Assembly: GCA_964057225.1 (NCBI GenBank)
Contig: OZ059898.1
Span: 16,740,001 to 16,804,000, forward strand
Direction of reading: 5' to 3'
DNA from: Auanema rhodensis
Taxonomy: Eukaryota; Animalia; Nematoda
DNA: 64,000 bases
Position 1 is the stretch's first letter, and the number at the start of each line of letters is the position of its first letter. The notes beneath the pieces are model-generated. The model was not told the origin of the DNA. It did no database searches and saw only the letters and a program-made list of their open reading frames with translations. Position numbers and translations under genes: made by a program. Below, in pieces: positions 41,501 to 54,737 of the stretch.

Positions 41501-42805
41501 ATGCATCATTTTTCAAACGATCATAACTAATTTTTGTATTAAGCGTTTCTCAATGTAGTATAGTGCATTTGATGCGGATTTTTAAGCTGCGTCGATCTGT
41601 GTTATCAGATTTGCGCTAGCTTGAAAATGCACCGAGATATCAACTGATATAAGTTCACACTTATATCCTCGATTTTCACCCTGAAGAAATAATTTTTTCG
41701 TTGAATAACATTGTCCATCGTCTTTGCCTTGAGAAAAGGAATCTAAAAACATCTACTTTTTGCTAAATTATTTTGAAGTTTTTCGAAAAAATTTTTGTCA
41801 AACTGTTTTTGGAAGCAATGTTGAGTGTACATGGAAACTCAACATACACTAATGCATCATTTTTCAAACGATCAAAACTAATTTTTGTATTAAGCGTTTT
41901 TCAATGTAGTATAGTGCATTTGATGCGGATTTTTAAGCTGCGTCGATCTGTGTTATCAGATTTGCGCTAGCTTAAAAATGCACCGAGATATCAACTGATA
42001 TAAGTTCACACTTATATCCTCGATTTTCACCCTGAAGAAATAATTTTTTCGTTGAATTACATTGTCCATCGTCTTTGCCTTGAAAAAAGGAATCTAAAAA
42101 CATCTACTTTTTGCTAAATTATTTTGAAGTTTTTCGAAAAAATTTTTGTCAAAATGTTTTTGGAAGCAATGTTGAGTGTACATGGAAACTCAACATACAC
42201 TAATGCATCATTTTTCAAACGATCATAACTAATTTTTGTATTAAGCGTTTCTCAATGTAGTATAGTGCATTTGATGCGGATTTTTAAGCTGCGTCGATCT
42301 GTGTTATCAGATTTGCGCTAGCTTAAAAATGCACCGAGATATCAACTGATATAAGTTCACACTTATATCCTCGATTTTCACCCTGAAGAAATAATTTTTT
42401 CGTTGAATAACATTGTCCATCGTCTTTGCCTTGAAAAAAGGAATCTAAAAACATCTACTTTTTGCTAAATTATTTTGAAGTTTTTCGAAAAAATTTTTGT
42501 CAAAATGTTTTTGGAAGCAATGTTGAGTGTACATGGAAACTCAACATACACTAATGCATCATTTTTCAAACGATCATAACTAATTTTTGTATTAAGCGTT
42601 TCTCAATGTAGTATAGTGCATTTGATGCGGATTTTTAAGCTGCGTCGATCTGTGTTATCAGATTTGCGCTAGCTTAAAAATGCACCGAGATATCAACTGA
42701 TATAAGTTCACACTTATATCCTCGATTTTCACCCTGAAGAAATAATTTTTTCGTTGAATAACATTGTCCATCGTCTTTGCCTTGAAAAAAGGAATCTAAA
42801 AACAT
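38594..42805. repeat. 6-monomer (2106 bp) higher-order repeat, 2 copies, within array B
   Basis: The variants gcacca/aaattttgtaata/gtgaat, gtcataat and aaactg/atcaaaac/ttacatt recur at +2106. The identical spurious ORFs at 39667 and 41773 have the same offset. Confidence 0.92.
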
Positions 42806-45260
42806 CTACTTTTTGCTAAATTATTTTGAAATTTTTCGAAAAAATTTTTGTCAAAATGTTTTTGGAAGCAATGTTGAGTGTACATGGAAACTCAACATAC
42901 ACTAATGCATCATTTTTCAAACGATCATAACTAATTTTTGTATTAAGCGTTTCTCAATGTAGTATAGTGCATTTGATGCGGATTTTTAAGCTGCGTCGAT
43001 CTGTGTTATCAGATTTGCGCTAGCTTAAAAATGCACCGAGATATCAACTGATATAAGTTCACACTTATATCCTCGATTTTCACCCTGAAGAAATAATTTT
43101 TTCGTTGAATAACATTGTCCATCGTCTTTGCCTTGAAAAAAGAAATCTAAAAACATCTACTTTTTGCTAAATTATTTTGAAATTTTTCGAAAAAATTTTT
43201 GTCAAAATGTTTTTGGAAGCAATGTTGAGTGTACATGGAAACTCAACATACACTAATGCATCATTTTTCAAACGATCATAACTAATTTTTGTATTAAGCG
43301 TTTCTCAATGTAGTATAGTGCATTTGATGCGGATTTTTAAGCTGCGTCGATCTGTGTTATCAGATTTGCGCTAGCTTAAAAATGCACCGAGATATCAACT
43401 GATATAAGTTCACACTTATATCCTCGATTTTCACCCTGAAGAAATAATTTTTTCGTTGAATAACATTGTCCATCGTCTTTGCCTTGAAAAAAGGAATCTA
43501 AAAACATCTACTTTTTGCTAAATTATTTTGAAATTTTTCGAAAAAATTTTTGTCAAAATGTTTTTGGACGCAATGTTGAGTGTACATGGAAACTCAACAT
43601 ACACTAATGCATCATTTTTCAAACGATCATAACTAATTTTTGTATTAAGCGTTTCTCAATGTAGTATAGTGCATTTGATGCAGATTTTTAAGCTGCGTCG
43701 ATCTGTGTTATCAGATTTGCGCTAGCTTAAAAATGCACCGAGATATCAACTGATATAAGTTCACACTTATATCCTCGATTTTCACCCTGAAGAAATAATT
43801 TTTTCGTTGAATAACATTGTCCATCGTCTTTGCCTTGAAAAAAGGAATCTAAAAACATCTACTTTTTGCTAAATTATTTTGAAATTTTTCGAAAAAATTT
43901 TTGTCAAAATGTTTTTGGAAGCAATGTTGAGTGTACATGGAAACTCAACATACACTAATGCATCATTTTTCAAACGATCATAACTAATTTTTGTATTAAG
44001 CGTTTCTCAATGTAGTATAGTGCATTTGATGCGGATTTTTAAGCTGCGTCGATCTGTGTTATCAGATTTGCGCTAGCTTGAAAATGCACCGAGATATCAA
44101 CTGATATAAGTTCACACTTATATCCTCGATTTTCACCCTGAAGAAATAATTTTTCGTTGAATAACATTGTCCATCGTCTTTGCCTTGAAAAAAAGAATCT
44201 AAAAACATCTACTTTTTGCTAAATTATTTTGAAGTTTTTCGAAAAAATTTTTGTCAAAATGTTTTTGGAAGCAATGTTGAGTGTACATGGAAACTCAACA
44301 TACACTAATGCATCATTTTTCAAACGATCATAACTAATTTTTGTATAAAGCGTTTCTCAATGTAGTATAGTGCATTTGATGCGGATTTTTAAGCTGCGTC
44401 GATCTGTGTTATCAGATTTGCGCTAGCTTGAAAATGCACCGAGATATCAACTGATATAAGTTCACACTTATATCCTCGATTTTCACCCTGAAGAAATAAT
44501 TTTTTCGTTGAATAACATTGTCCATCGTCTTTGCCTTGAGAAAAGGAATCTAAAAACATCTACTTTTTGCTAAATTATTTTGAAGTTTTTCGAAAAAATT
44601 TTTGTCAAAATGTTTTTGGAAGCAATTTTGAGTGTACATGGAAACTCAACATACACTAATGCATCATTTTTCAAACGATCATAACTAATTTTTGTATTAA
44701 GCGTTTCTCAATGTAGTATAGTGCATTTGATGCGGATTTTTAAGCTGCGTCGATCTGTGTTATCAGATTTGCGCTAGCTTGAAAATGCACCGAGATATCA
44801 ACTGATATAAGTTCACACTTATATCCTCGATTTTCACCCTGAAGAAATAATTTTTCGTTGAATAACATTGTCCATCGTCTTTGCCTTGAAAAAAAGAATC
44901 TAAAAACATCTACTTTTTGCTAAATTATTTTGAAATTTTTCGAAAAAATTTTTGTCAAAATGTTTTTGGAAGCAATGTTGAGTGTACATGGAAACTCAAC
45001 ATACACTAATGCATCATTTTTCAAACGATCATAACTAATTTTTGTATTAAGCGTTTCTCAATGTAGTATAGTGCATTCGATGCGGATTTTCAAGCTGCGT
45101 CGATCTGTGTTATCAGATTTGCGCTAGCTTAAAAATGCACCGAGATATCAACTGATATAAGTTCACACTTATATCCTCGATTTTCACCCTGAAGAATTAA
45201 TTTTTTTGTTGAATAACATTGCCCATCGTCTTTGCCTTGAAAAAAGGAATCTAAAAACAT

Positions 45261-48200
45261 CTACTTTTTGCTAAATTATTTTGAAATTTTTCGAAAAAAT
45301 TTTTGTCAAAATGTTTTTGGAAGCAATGTTGAGTGTACATGGAAACTCAACATACACTAATGCATCATTTTTCAAACGATCATAACTAAATTTTGTATTA
45401 AGCGTTTCTCAATGTAGTATAGTGCATTCGATGCGGATTTTTAAGCTGCGTCGATCTGTGTTATCAGATTTGCGCTAGCTTAAAAATGCACCGAGATATC
45501 AACTGATATAAGTTCACACTTATATCCTCGATTTTCACCCTGAAGAAATAATTTTTTCGTTGAATAACATTGTCCATCGTCTTTGCCTTGAGAAAAGGAA
45601 TTTGAAAACATCTACTTTTTGCTAAATTATTTTGAAATTTTTCGAAAAAATTTTTGTCAAAATGTTTTTGGAAGCAATGTTGAGTGTACATGTAAACTCA
45701 ACATACACTAATGCACCATTTTTCAAACAATCATAACTAATTTTTGTATTAAGCATTTTTCAATGTAGTATAGTGCATTTGATGCGGATTTTTAAGCTGC
45801 GTCGATCTGTGTTATCAAATTTGCGCTAGCTTAAAAATGCACCGAGATATCAACTGATATAAGTTCACACTTATATCCTCGATTTTCACCCTGAAGAAAT
45901 AATTTTTTCGTTGAATAACATTGTCCATCGTCTTTGCCTTGAAAAAAGGAATCTAAAAACATCTACTTTTTGCTAAATTATTTTGAAGTTTTTCGAAAAA
46001 ATTTTTGTCAAAATGTTTTTGGAAGCAATGTTGAGTGTACATGGAAACTCAACATACACTAATGCATCATTTTTCAAACGATCATAACTAATTTTTGTAT
46101 TGAGCGTTTCTCAAAGTAGTATAGTGCATTCGATGCGGATTTTTAAGCTGCGTCGATCTGTGTTATCAGATTTGCGCTAGCTTGAAAATGCACCGAGATA
46201 TCAACTGATATAAGTTCACACTTATATCCTCGATTTTCACCCTGTTGAAATAATTTTTTCGTTGAATAACATTGTCCATCGTCTTTGCCTTGAAAAAAGG
46301 AATCTAATAACATCTACTTTTTGCTAAATTATTTTGAAGTTTTTCGAAAAAATTTTTGTCAAAATGTTTTTGGAAGCAATGTTGAGTGTACATGTAAACT
46401 CAACATACACTAATGCACCATTTTTCAAACAATCATAACTAATTTTTGTATTAAGCATTTTTCAATGTAGTATAGTGCATTTGATGCGGATTTTTAAGCT
46501 GCGTCGATCTGTGTTATCAAATTTGCGCTAGCTTAAAAATGCACCGAAATATCAACTGATATAAGTTCACACTTATATCCTCGATTTTCACCCTGAAGAA
46601 TTAATTTTTTCGTTGAATAACATTGTCCATCGTCTTTGCTTTGAAAAAAGGAATCTAAAAACATCTACTTTTTGCTAAATTATTCTGAAATTTTTCGAAA
46701 AAATTTTTGTCAAAATGTTTTTGGAAGCAATGTTGAGTGTACATGTAAACTCAACATACACTAATGCACCATTTTTCAAACGATCATAACTAAATTTTGT
46801 AATAAGCGTTTCTCAATGTAGTATAGTGCATTCGATGCGGATTTTTAAGCTGCGTCGATCTGTGTTATCAGATTTGCGCTAGCTTAAAAATGCACCGAGA
46901 TATCAACTGATATAAGTTCACACTTATATCCTCGATTTTCACCCTGAAGAAATAATTTTTTCGTTGAATAACATTGTCCATCGTCTTTGCCTTGAGAAAA
47001 GGAATTTGAAAACATCTACTTTTTGCTAAATTATTTTGAAATTTTTCGAAAAAATTTTTGTCAAAATGTTTTTGGAAGCAATGTTGAGTGTACATGTAAA
47101 CTCAACATACACTAATGCACCATTTTTCAAACAATCATAACTAATTTTTGTATTAAGCATTTTTCAATGTAGTATAGTGCATTTGATGCGGGTTTTTAAG
47201 CTGCGTCGATCTGTGTTATCAAATTTGCGCTAGCTTAAAAATGCACCGAGATATCAACTGATATAAGTTCACACTTATATCCTCGATTTTCACCCTGAAG
47301 AAATAATTTTTTCGTTGAATAACATTGTCCATCGTCTTTGCCTTGGAAAAAGGAATCTAAAAACATCTACTTTTTGCTAAATTATTTTGAAGTTTTTCGA
47401 AAAAATTTTTGTCAAAATGTTTTTGGAAGCAATGTTGAGTGTACATGGAAACTCAACATACACTAATGCATCATTTTTCAAACGATCATAACTAATTTTT
47501 GTATTGAGCGTTTCTCAAAGTAGTATAGTGCATTCGATGCGGATTTTTAAGCTGCGTCGATCTGTGTTATCAGATTTGCGCTAGCTTGAAAATGCACCGA
47601 GATATCAACTGATATAAGTTCACACTTATATCCTCGATTTTCACCCTGATGAAATAATTTTTTCGTTGAATAACATTGTCCATCGTCTTTGCCTTGAAAA
47701 AAGGAATCTAATAACATCTACTTTTTGCTAAATTATTTTGAAGTTTTTCGAAAAAATTTTTGTCAAAATGTTTTTGGAAGCAATGTTGAGTGTACATGTA
47801 AACTCAACATACACTAATGCACCATTTTTCAAACAATCATAACTAATTTTTGTATTAAGCATTTTTCAATGTAGTATAGTGCATTTGATGCGGATTTTTA
47901 AGCTGCGTCGATCTGTGTTATCAAATTTGCGCTAGCTTAAAAATGCACCGAAATATCAACTGATATAAGTTCACACTTATATCCTCGATTTTCACCCTGA
48001 AGAATTAATTTTTTCGTTGAATAACATTGTCCATCGTCTTTGCTTTGAAAAAAGGAATCTAAAAACATCTACTTTTTGCTAAATTATTCTGAAATTTTTC
48101 GAAAAAATTTTTGTCAAAATGTTTTTGGAAGCAATGTTGAGTGTACATGTAAACTCAACATACACTAATGCACCATTTTTCAAACGATCATAACTAAATT

Positions 48201-48420
48201 TTGTAATAAGCGTTTCTCAATGTAGTATAGTGCATTCGATGCGGATTTTTAAGCTGCGTCGATCTGTGTTATCAGATTTGCGCTAGCTTAAAAATGCACC
48301 GAGATATCAACTGATATAAGTTCACACTTATATCCTCGATTTTCACCCTGAAGAAATAATTTTTTCGTTGAATAACATTGTCCATCGTCTTTGCCTTGAA
48401 AAAAGGAATCTAAAAACATC
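45261..48420. repeat. 4-monomer (1404 bp) higher-order repeat within array B
   Basis: The variants ggaatttgaaaac, catgtaaac, aaacaatc, attgagcg/ctcaaagtag, ctaataac, ccgaaat and gctttg recur at +1404. The spurious ORFs at 45464 and 46868 have the same offset. Confidence 0.9.
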
Positions 48421-51400
48421 TACTTTTTGCTAAATTATTTTGAAGTTTTTCGAAAAAATTTTTGTCAAAATGTTTTTGGAAGCAATGTTGAGTGTACATG
48501 GAAACTCAACATACACTAATGCATCATTTTTCAAACGATCATAACTAATTTTTGTATTGAGCGTTTCTCAATGTAGTATAGTGCATTCGATGCGGATTTT
48601 TAAGCTGCGTCGATCTGTGTTATCAGATTTGCGCTAGCTTGAAAATGCACCGAGATATCAACTGATATAAGTTCACACTTATATCCTCGATTTTCACCCT
48701 GATGAAATAATTTTTTCGTTGAATAACATTGTCCATCGTCTTTGCCTTGAAAAAAGGAATCTAATAACATCTACTTTTTGCTAAATTATTTTGAAGTTTT
48801 TCGAAAAAATTTTTGTCAAAATGTTTTTGGAAGCAATGTTGAGTGTACATGGAAACTCAACATACACTAATGCATCATTTTTCAAACGATCATAAAAAAT
48901 TTTTGTATTAAGCGTTTCTCAATGTAGTATATTGCATTCGATGCGGATTTTTAAGCTGCGTCGATCTGTGTTATGAGATTTGCGCTAGCTTAAAAATGCA
49001 CCGAGATATCAACTGATATAAGTTCACACTTATATCCTCGATTTTCACCCTGAAGAATTAATTTTTTTGTTGAATAACATTGCCCATCGTCTTTGCCTTG
49101 AAAAAAGGAATCTAAAAACATCTACTTCTTGCTAAATTATTTTGAAATTTTTCGAAAAAATTTTTGTCAAAATGTTTTTGGACGCAATGTTGAGTGTACA
49201 TGGAAACTCAACATACACTAATGCATCATTTTTCAAACGATCATAACTAATTTTTGTATTAAGCGTTTCTCAATGTAGTATAGTGCATTTGATGCGGGTT
49301 TTTAAGCTGCGTCGATCTGTGTTATCAGATTTGCGCTAGCTTAAAAATGCACCGAGATATCAACTGATATAAGTTCACACTTATATCCTCGATTTTCACC
49401 CTGAAGAATTATTTTTTTCGTTGAATAACATTGTTCATCGTCTTTGCCTTAAAAAAAGGAATCTAAAAACATCTACTTTCTGCTAAATTATTCTGAAATT
49501 TTTCGAAAAAATTTTTGTCAAAATGTTTTTGGAAGCAATTTTGAGTGTACATGGAAACTCAACATACACTAATGCATCATTTTTCAAACGATCATAACTA
49601 ATTTTTGTATTAAGCGTTTCTCAATGTAGTATAGTGCATTCGATGCGGATTTTTAAGCTGCGTCGATCTGTGTTATCAGATTTGCGCTAGCTTGAAAATG
49701 CACCGAGATATCAACTGATATAAGTTCACACTTATATCCTCGATTTTCACCCTGAAGAATTATTTTTTTCGTTGAATAACATTGTTCATCGTCTTTGCCT
49801 TAAAAAAAGGAATCTAAAAACATCTACTTTCTGCTAAATTATTCTGAAATTTTTCGAAAAAATTTTTGTCAAAATGTTTTTGGAAGCAATTTTGAGTGTA
49901 CATGGAAACTCAACATACACTAATGCATCATTTTTCAAACGATCATAACTAATTTTTGTATTAAGCGTTTCTCAATGTAGTATAGTGCATTCGATGCGGA
50001 TTTTTAAGCTGCGTCGATCTGTGTTATCAGATTTGCGCTAGCTTAAAAATGCACCGAGATATCAACTGATATAAGTTCACACTTATATCCTCGATTTTCA
50101 CCCTGAAGAATTAATTTTTTCGTTGAATAACATTGTCCATCGTCTTTGCCTTGAAAAAAGGAATTTCAAAACATCTACTTTTTGCTAAATTATTCTGAAA
50201 TTTTTCGAAAAAATTTTTGTCAAAATGTTTTTGGAAGCAATGTTGAGTGTACATGGAAACTCAACATACACTAATGCATCATTTTTCAAACGATCATAAC
50301 TAATTTTTGTATTAAGCGTTTCTCAATGTAGTATAGTGCATTCGATGCGGATTTTTAAGCTGCGTCGATCTGTGTTATCAGATTTGCGCTAGCTTAAAAA
50401 TGCACCGAGATATCAACTGATATAAGTTCACACTTATATCCTCGATTTTCACCCTGAAGAATTAATTTTTTCGTTGAATAACATTGTCCATCGTCTTTGC
50501 CTTGAAAAAAGGAATTTCAAAACATCTACTTTTTGCTAAATTATTCTGAAATTTTTCGAAAAAATTTTTGTCAAAATGTTTTTGGAAGCAATGTTGAGTG
50601 TACATGGAAACTCAACATACACTAATGCATCATTTTTCAAACGATCATAACTAATTTTTGTATTAAGCGTTTCTCAATGTAGTATAGTGCATTCGATGCG
50701 GATTTTTAAGCTGCGTCGATCTGTGTTATCAGATTTGCGCTAGCTTAAAAATGCACCGAGATATCAACTGATATAAGTTCACACTTATATCCTCGATTTT
50801 CACCCTGAAGAATTATTTTTTTCGTTGAATAACATTGTCCATCGTCTTTGCCTTAAAAAAAGGAATCTAAAAACATCTACTTTCTGCTAAATTATTCTGA
50901 AATTTTTCGAAAAAATTTTTGTCAAAATGTTTTTGGAAGCAATTTTGAGTGTACATGGAAACTCAACATACACTAATGCATCATTTTTCAAACGATCATA
51001 ACTAATTTTTGTATTAAGCGTTTCTCAATGTAGTATAGTGCATTCGATGCGGATTTTTAAGCTGCGTCGATCTGTGTTATCAGATTTGCGCTAGCTTGAA
51101 AATGCACCGAGATATCAACTGATATAAGTTCACACTTATATCCTCGATTTTCACCCTGAAGAATTATTTTTTTCGTTGAATAACATTGTTCATCGTCTTT
51201 GCCTTAAAAAAAGGAATCTAAAAACATCTACTTTCTGCTAAATTATTCTGAAATTTTTCGAAAAAATTTTTGTCAAAATGTTTTTGGAAGCAATTTTGAG
51301 TGTACATGGAAACTCAACATACACTAATGCATCATTTTTCAAACGATCATAACTAATTTTTGTATTAAGCGTTTCTCAATGTAGTATAGTGCATTCGATG

Positions 51401-54400
51401 CGGATTTTTAAGCTGCGTCGATCTGTGTTATCAGATTTGCGCTAGCTTAAAAATGCACCGAGATATCAACTGATATAAGTTCACACTTATATCCTCGATT
51501 TTCACCCTGAAGAATTAATTTTTTCGTTGAATAACATTGTCCATCGTCTTTGCCTTGAAAAAAGGAATTTCAAAACATCTACTTTTTGCTAAATTATTCT
51601 GAAATTTTTCGAAAAAATTTTTGTCAAAATGTTTTTGGAAGCAATGTTGAGTGTACATGGAAACTCAACATACACTAATGCATCATTTTTCAAACGATCA
51701 TAACTAATTTTTGTATTAAGCGTTTCTCAATGTAGTATAGTGCATTCGATGCGGATTTTTAAGCTGCGTCGATCTGTGTTATCAGATTTGCGCTAGCTTA
51801 AAAATGCACCGAGATATCAACTGATATAAGTTCACACTTATATCCTCGATTTTCACCCTGAAGAATTAATTTTTTCGTTGAATAACATTGTCCATCGTCT
51901 TTGCCTTGAAAAAAGGAATTTCAAAACATCTACTTTTTGCTAAATTATTCTGAAATTTTTCGAAAAAATTTTTGTCAAAATGTTTTTGGAAGCAATGTTG
52001 AGTGTACATGGAAACTCAACATACACTAATGCATCATTTTTCAAACGATCATAACTAATTTTTGTATTAAGCGTTTCTCAATGTAGTATAGTGCATTCGA
52101 TGCGGATTTTTAAGCTGCGTCGATCTGTGTTATCAGATTTGCGCTAGCTTAAAAATGCACCGAGATATCAACTGATATAAGTTCACACTTATATCCTCGA
52201 TTTTCACCCTGAAGAATTATTTTTTTCGTTGAATAACATTGTCCATCGTCTTTGCCTTGAAAAAAGGAATCTAAAAACATCTACTTTCTGCTAAATTATT
52301 CTGAAATTTTTCGAAAAAATTTTTGTCAAAATGTTTTTGGAAGCAATTTTGAGTGTACATGGAAACTCAACATACACTAATGCATCATTTTTCAAACGAT
52401 CATAACTAATTTTTGTATAAAGCGTTTTTCAATGTAGTATAGTGCATTCGATGCGGATTTTTAAGCTGCGTCGATCTGTGTTATCAGATTTGCGCTAGCT
52501 TAAAAATGCACCGAGATATCAACTGATATAAGTTCACACTTATATCCTCGATTTTCACCCTGAAGAATTAATTTTTTCGTTGAATAACATTGTCCATCGT
52601 CTTTGCCTTGAAAAAAGGAATTTCAAAACATCTACTTTTTGCTAAATTATTCTGAAATTTTTCGAAAAAATTTTTGTCAAAATGTTTTTGGAAGCAATGT
52701 TGAGTGTACATGGAAACTCAACATACACTAATGCATCATTTTTCAAACGATCATAACTAATTTTTGTATTAAGCGTTTCTCAATGTAGTATAGTGCATTC
52801 GATGCGGATTTTTAAGCTGCGTCGATCTGTGTTATCAGATTTGCGCTAGCTTAAAAATGCACCGAGATATCAACTGATATAAGTTCACACTTATATCCTC
52901 GATTTTCACCCTGAAGAATTAATTTTTTCGTTGAATAACATTGTCCATCGTCTTTGCCTTGAAAAAAGGAATTTCAAAACATCTACTTTTTGCTAAATTA
53001 TTCTGAAATTTTTCGAAAAAATTTTTGTCAAAATGTTTTTGGAAGCAATGTTGAGTGTACATGGAAACTCAACATACACTAATGCATCATTTTTCAAACG
53101 ATCATAACTAATTTTTGTATTAAGCGTTTCTCAATGTAGTATAGTGCATTCGATGCGGATTTTTAAGCTGCGTCGATCTGTGTTATCAGATTTGCGCTAG
53201 CTTAAAAATGCACCGAGATATCAACTGATATAAGTTCACACTTATATCCTCGATTTTCACCCTGAAGAATTATTTTTTTCGTTGAATAACATTGTCCATC
53301 GTCTTTGCCTTGAAAAAAGGAATCTAAAAACATCTACTTTCTGCTAAATTATTCTGAAATTTTTCGAAAAAATTTTTGTCAAAATGTTTTTGGAAGCAAT
53401 TTTGAGTGTACATGGAAACTCAACATACACTAATGCATCATTTTTCAAACGATCATAACTAATTTTTGTATTAAGCGTTTCTCAATGTAGTATAGTGCAT
53501 TCGATGCGGATTTTTAAGCTGCGTCGATCTGTGTTATCAGATTTGCGCTAGCTTAAAAATGCACCGAGATATCAACTGATATAAGTTCACACTTATATCC
53601 TCGATTTTCACCCTGAAGAATTATTTTTTTCGTTGAATAACATTGTCCATCGTCTTTGCCTTGAAAAAAGGAATTTCAAAACATCTACTTTTTGCTAAAT
53701 TATTCTGAAATTTTTCGAAAAAATTTTTGTCAAAATGTTTTTGGAAGCAATGTTGAGTGTACATGGAAACTCAACATACACTAATGCATCATTTTTCAAA
53801 CGATCATAACTAATTTTTGTATTAAGCGTTTCTCAATGTAGTATAGTGCATTCGATGCGGATTTTTAAGCTGCGTCGATCTGTGTTATCAGATTTGCGCT
53901 AGCTTAAAAATGCACCGAGATATCAACTGATATAAGTTCACACTTATATCCTCGATTTTCACCCTGAAGAATTAATTTTTTCGTTGAATAACATTGTCCA
54001 TCGTCATTGCCTTGAAAAAAAGAATTTCAAAACATCTACTTTTTGCTAAATTATTCTGAAATTTTTCGAAAAAATTTTTGTCAAAATGTTTTTGGAAGCA
54101 ATGTTGAGTGTACATGGAAACTCAACATACACTAATGCATCATTTTTCAAACGATCATAACTAATTTTTGTATAAAGCGTTTTTCAATGTAGTATAGTGC
54201 ATTCGATGCGGATTTTTAAGCTGCGTCGATCTGTGTTATCAGATTTGCGCTAGCTTAAAAATGCACCGAGATATCAACTGATATAAGTTCACACTTATAT
54301 CCTCGATTTTCACCCTGAAGAATTATTTTTTTCGTTGAATAACATTGTCCATCGTCTTTGCCTTGAAAAAAGGAATTTCAAAACATCTACTTTTTGCTAA

Positions 54401-54737
54401 ATTATTCTGAAATTTTTCGAAAAAATTTTTGTCAAAATGTTTTTGGAAGCAATGTTGAGTGTACATGGAAACTCAACATACACTAATGCATCATTTTTCA
54501 AACGATCATAACTAATTTTTGTATTAAGCGTTTCTCAATGTAGTATAGTGCATTCGATGCGGATTTTTAAGCTGCGTCGATCTGTGTTATCAGATTTGCG
54601 CTAGCTTGAAAATGCACCGAGATATCAACTGATATAAGTTCACACTTATATCCTCGATTTTCACCCTGAAGAAATAATTTTTTCGTTGAATAACATTGTC
54701 CATCGTCTTTGCCTTGAAAAAAGGAATCTAAAAACAT

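Noticed and set aside
39667-41970. Two identical 65-aa plus-strand ORFs
   Set aside because: They start at TTG and are opened by a T>A change (atcaaaac) that removes a TAA in one monomer type. They simply mark the 2106-bp HOR.
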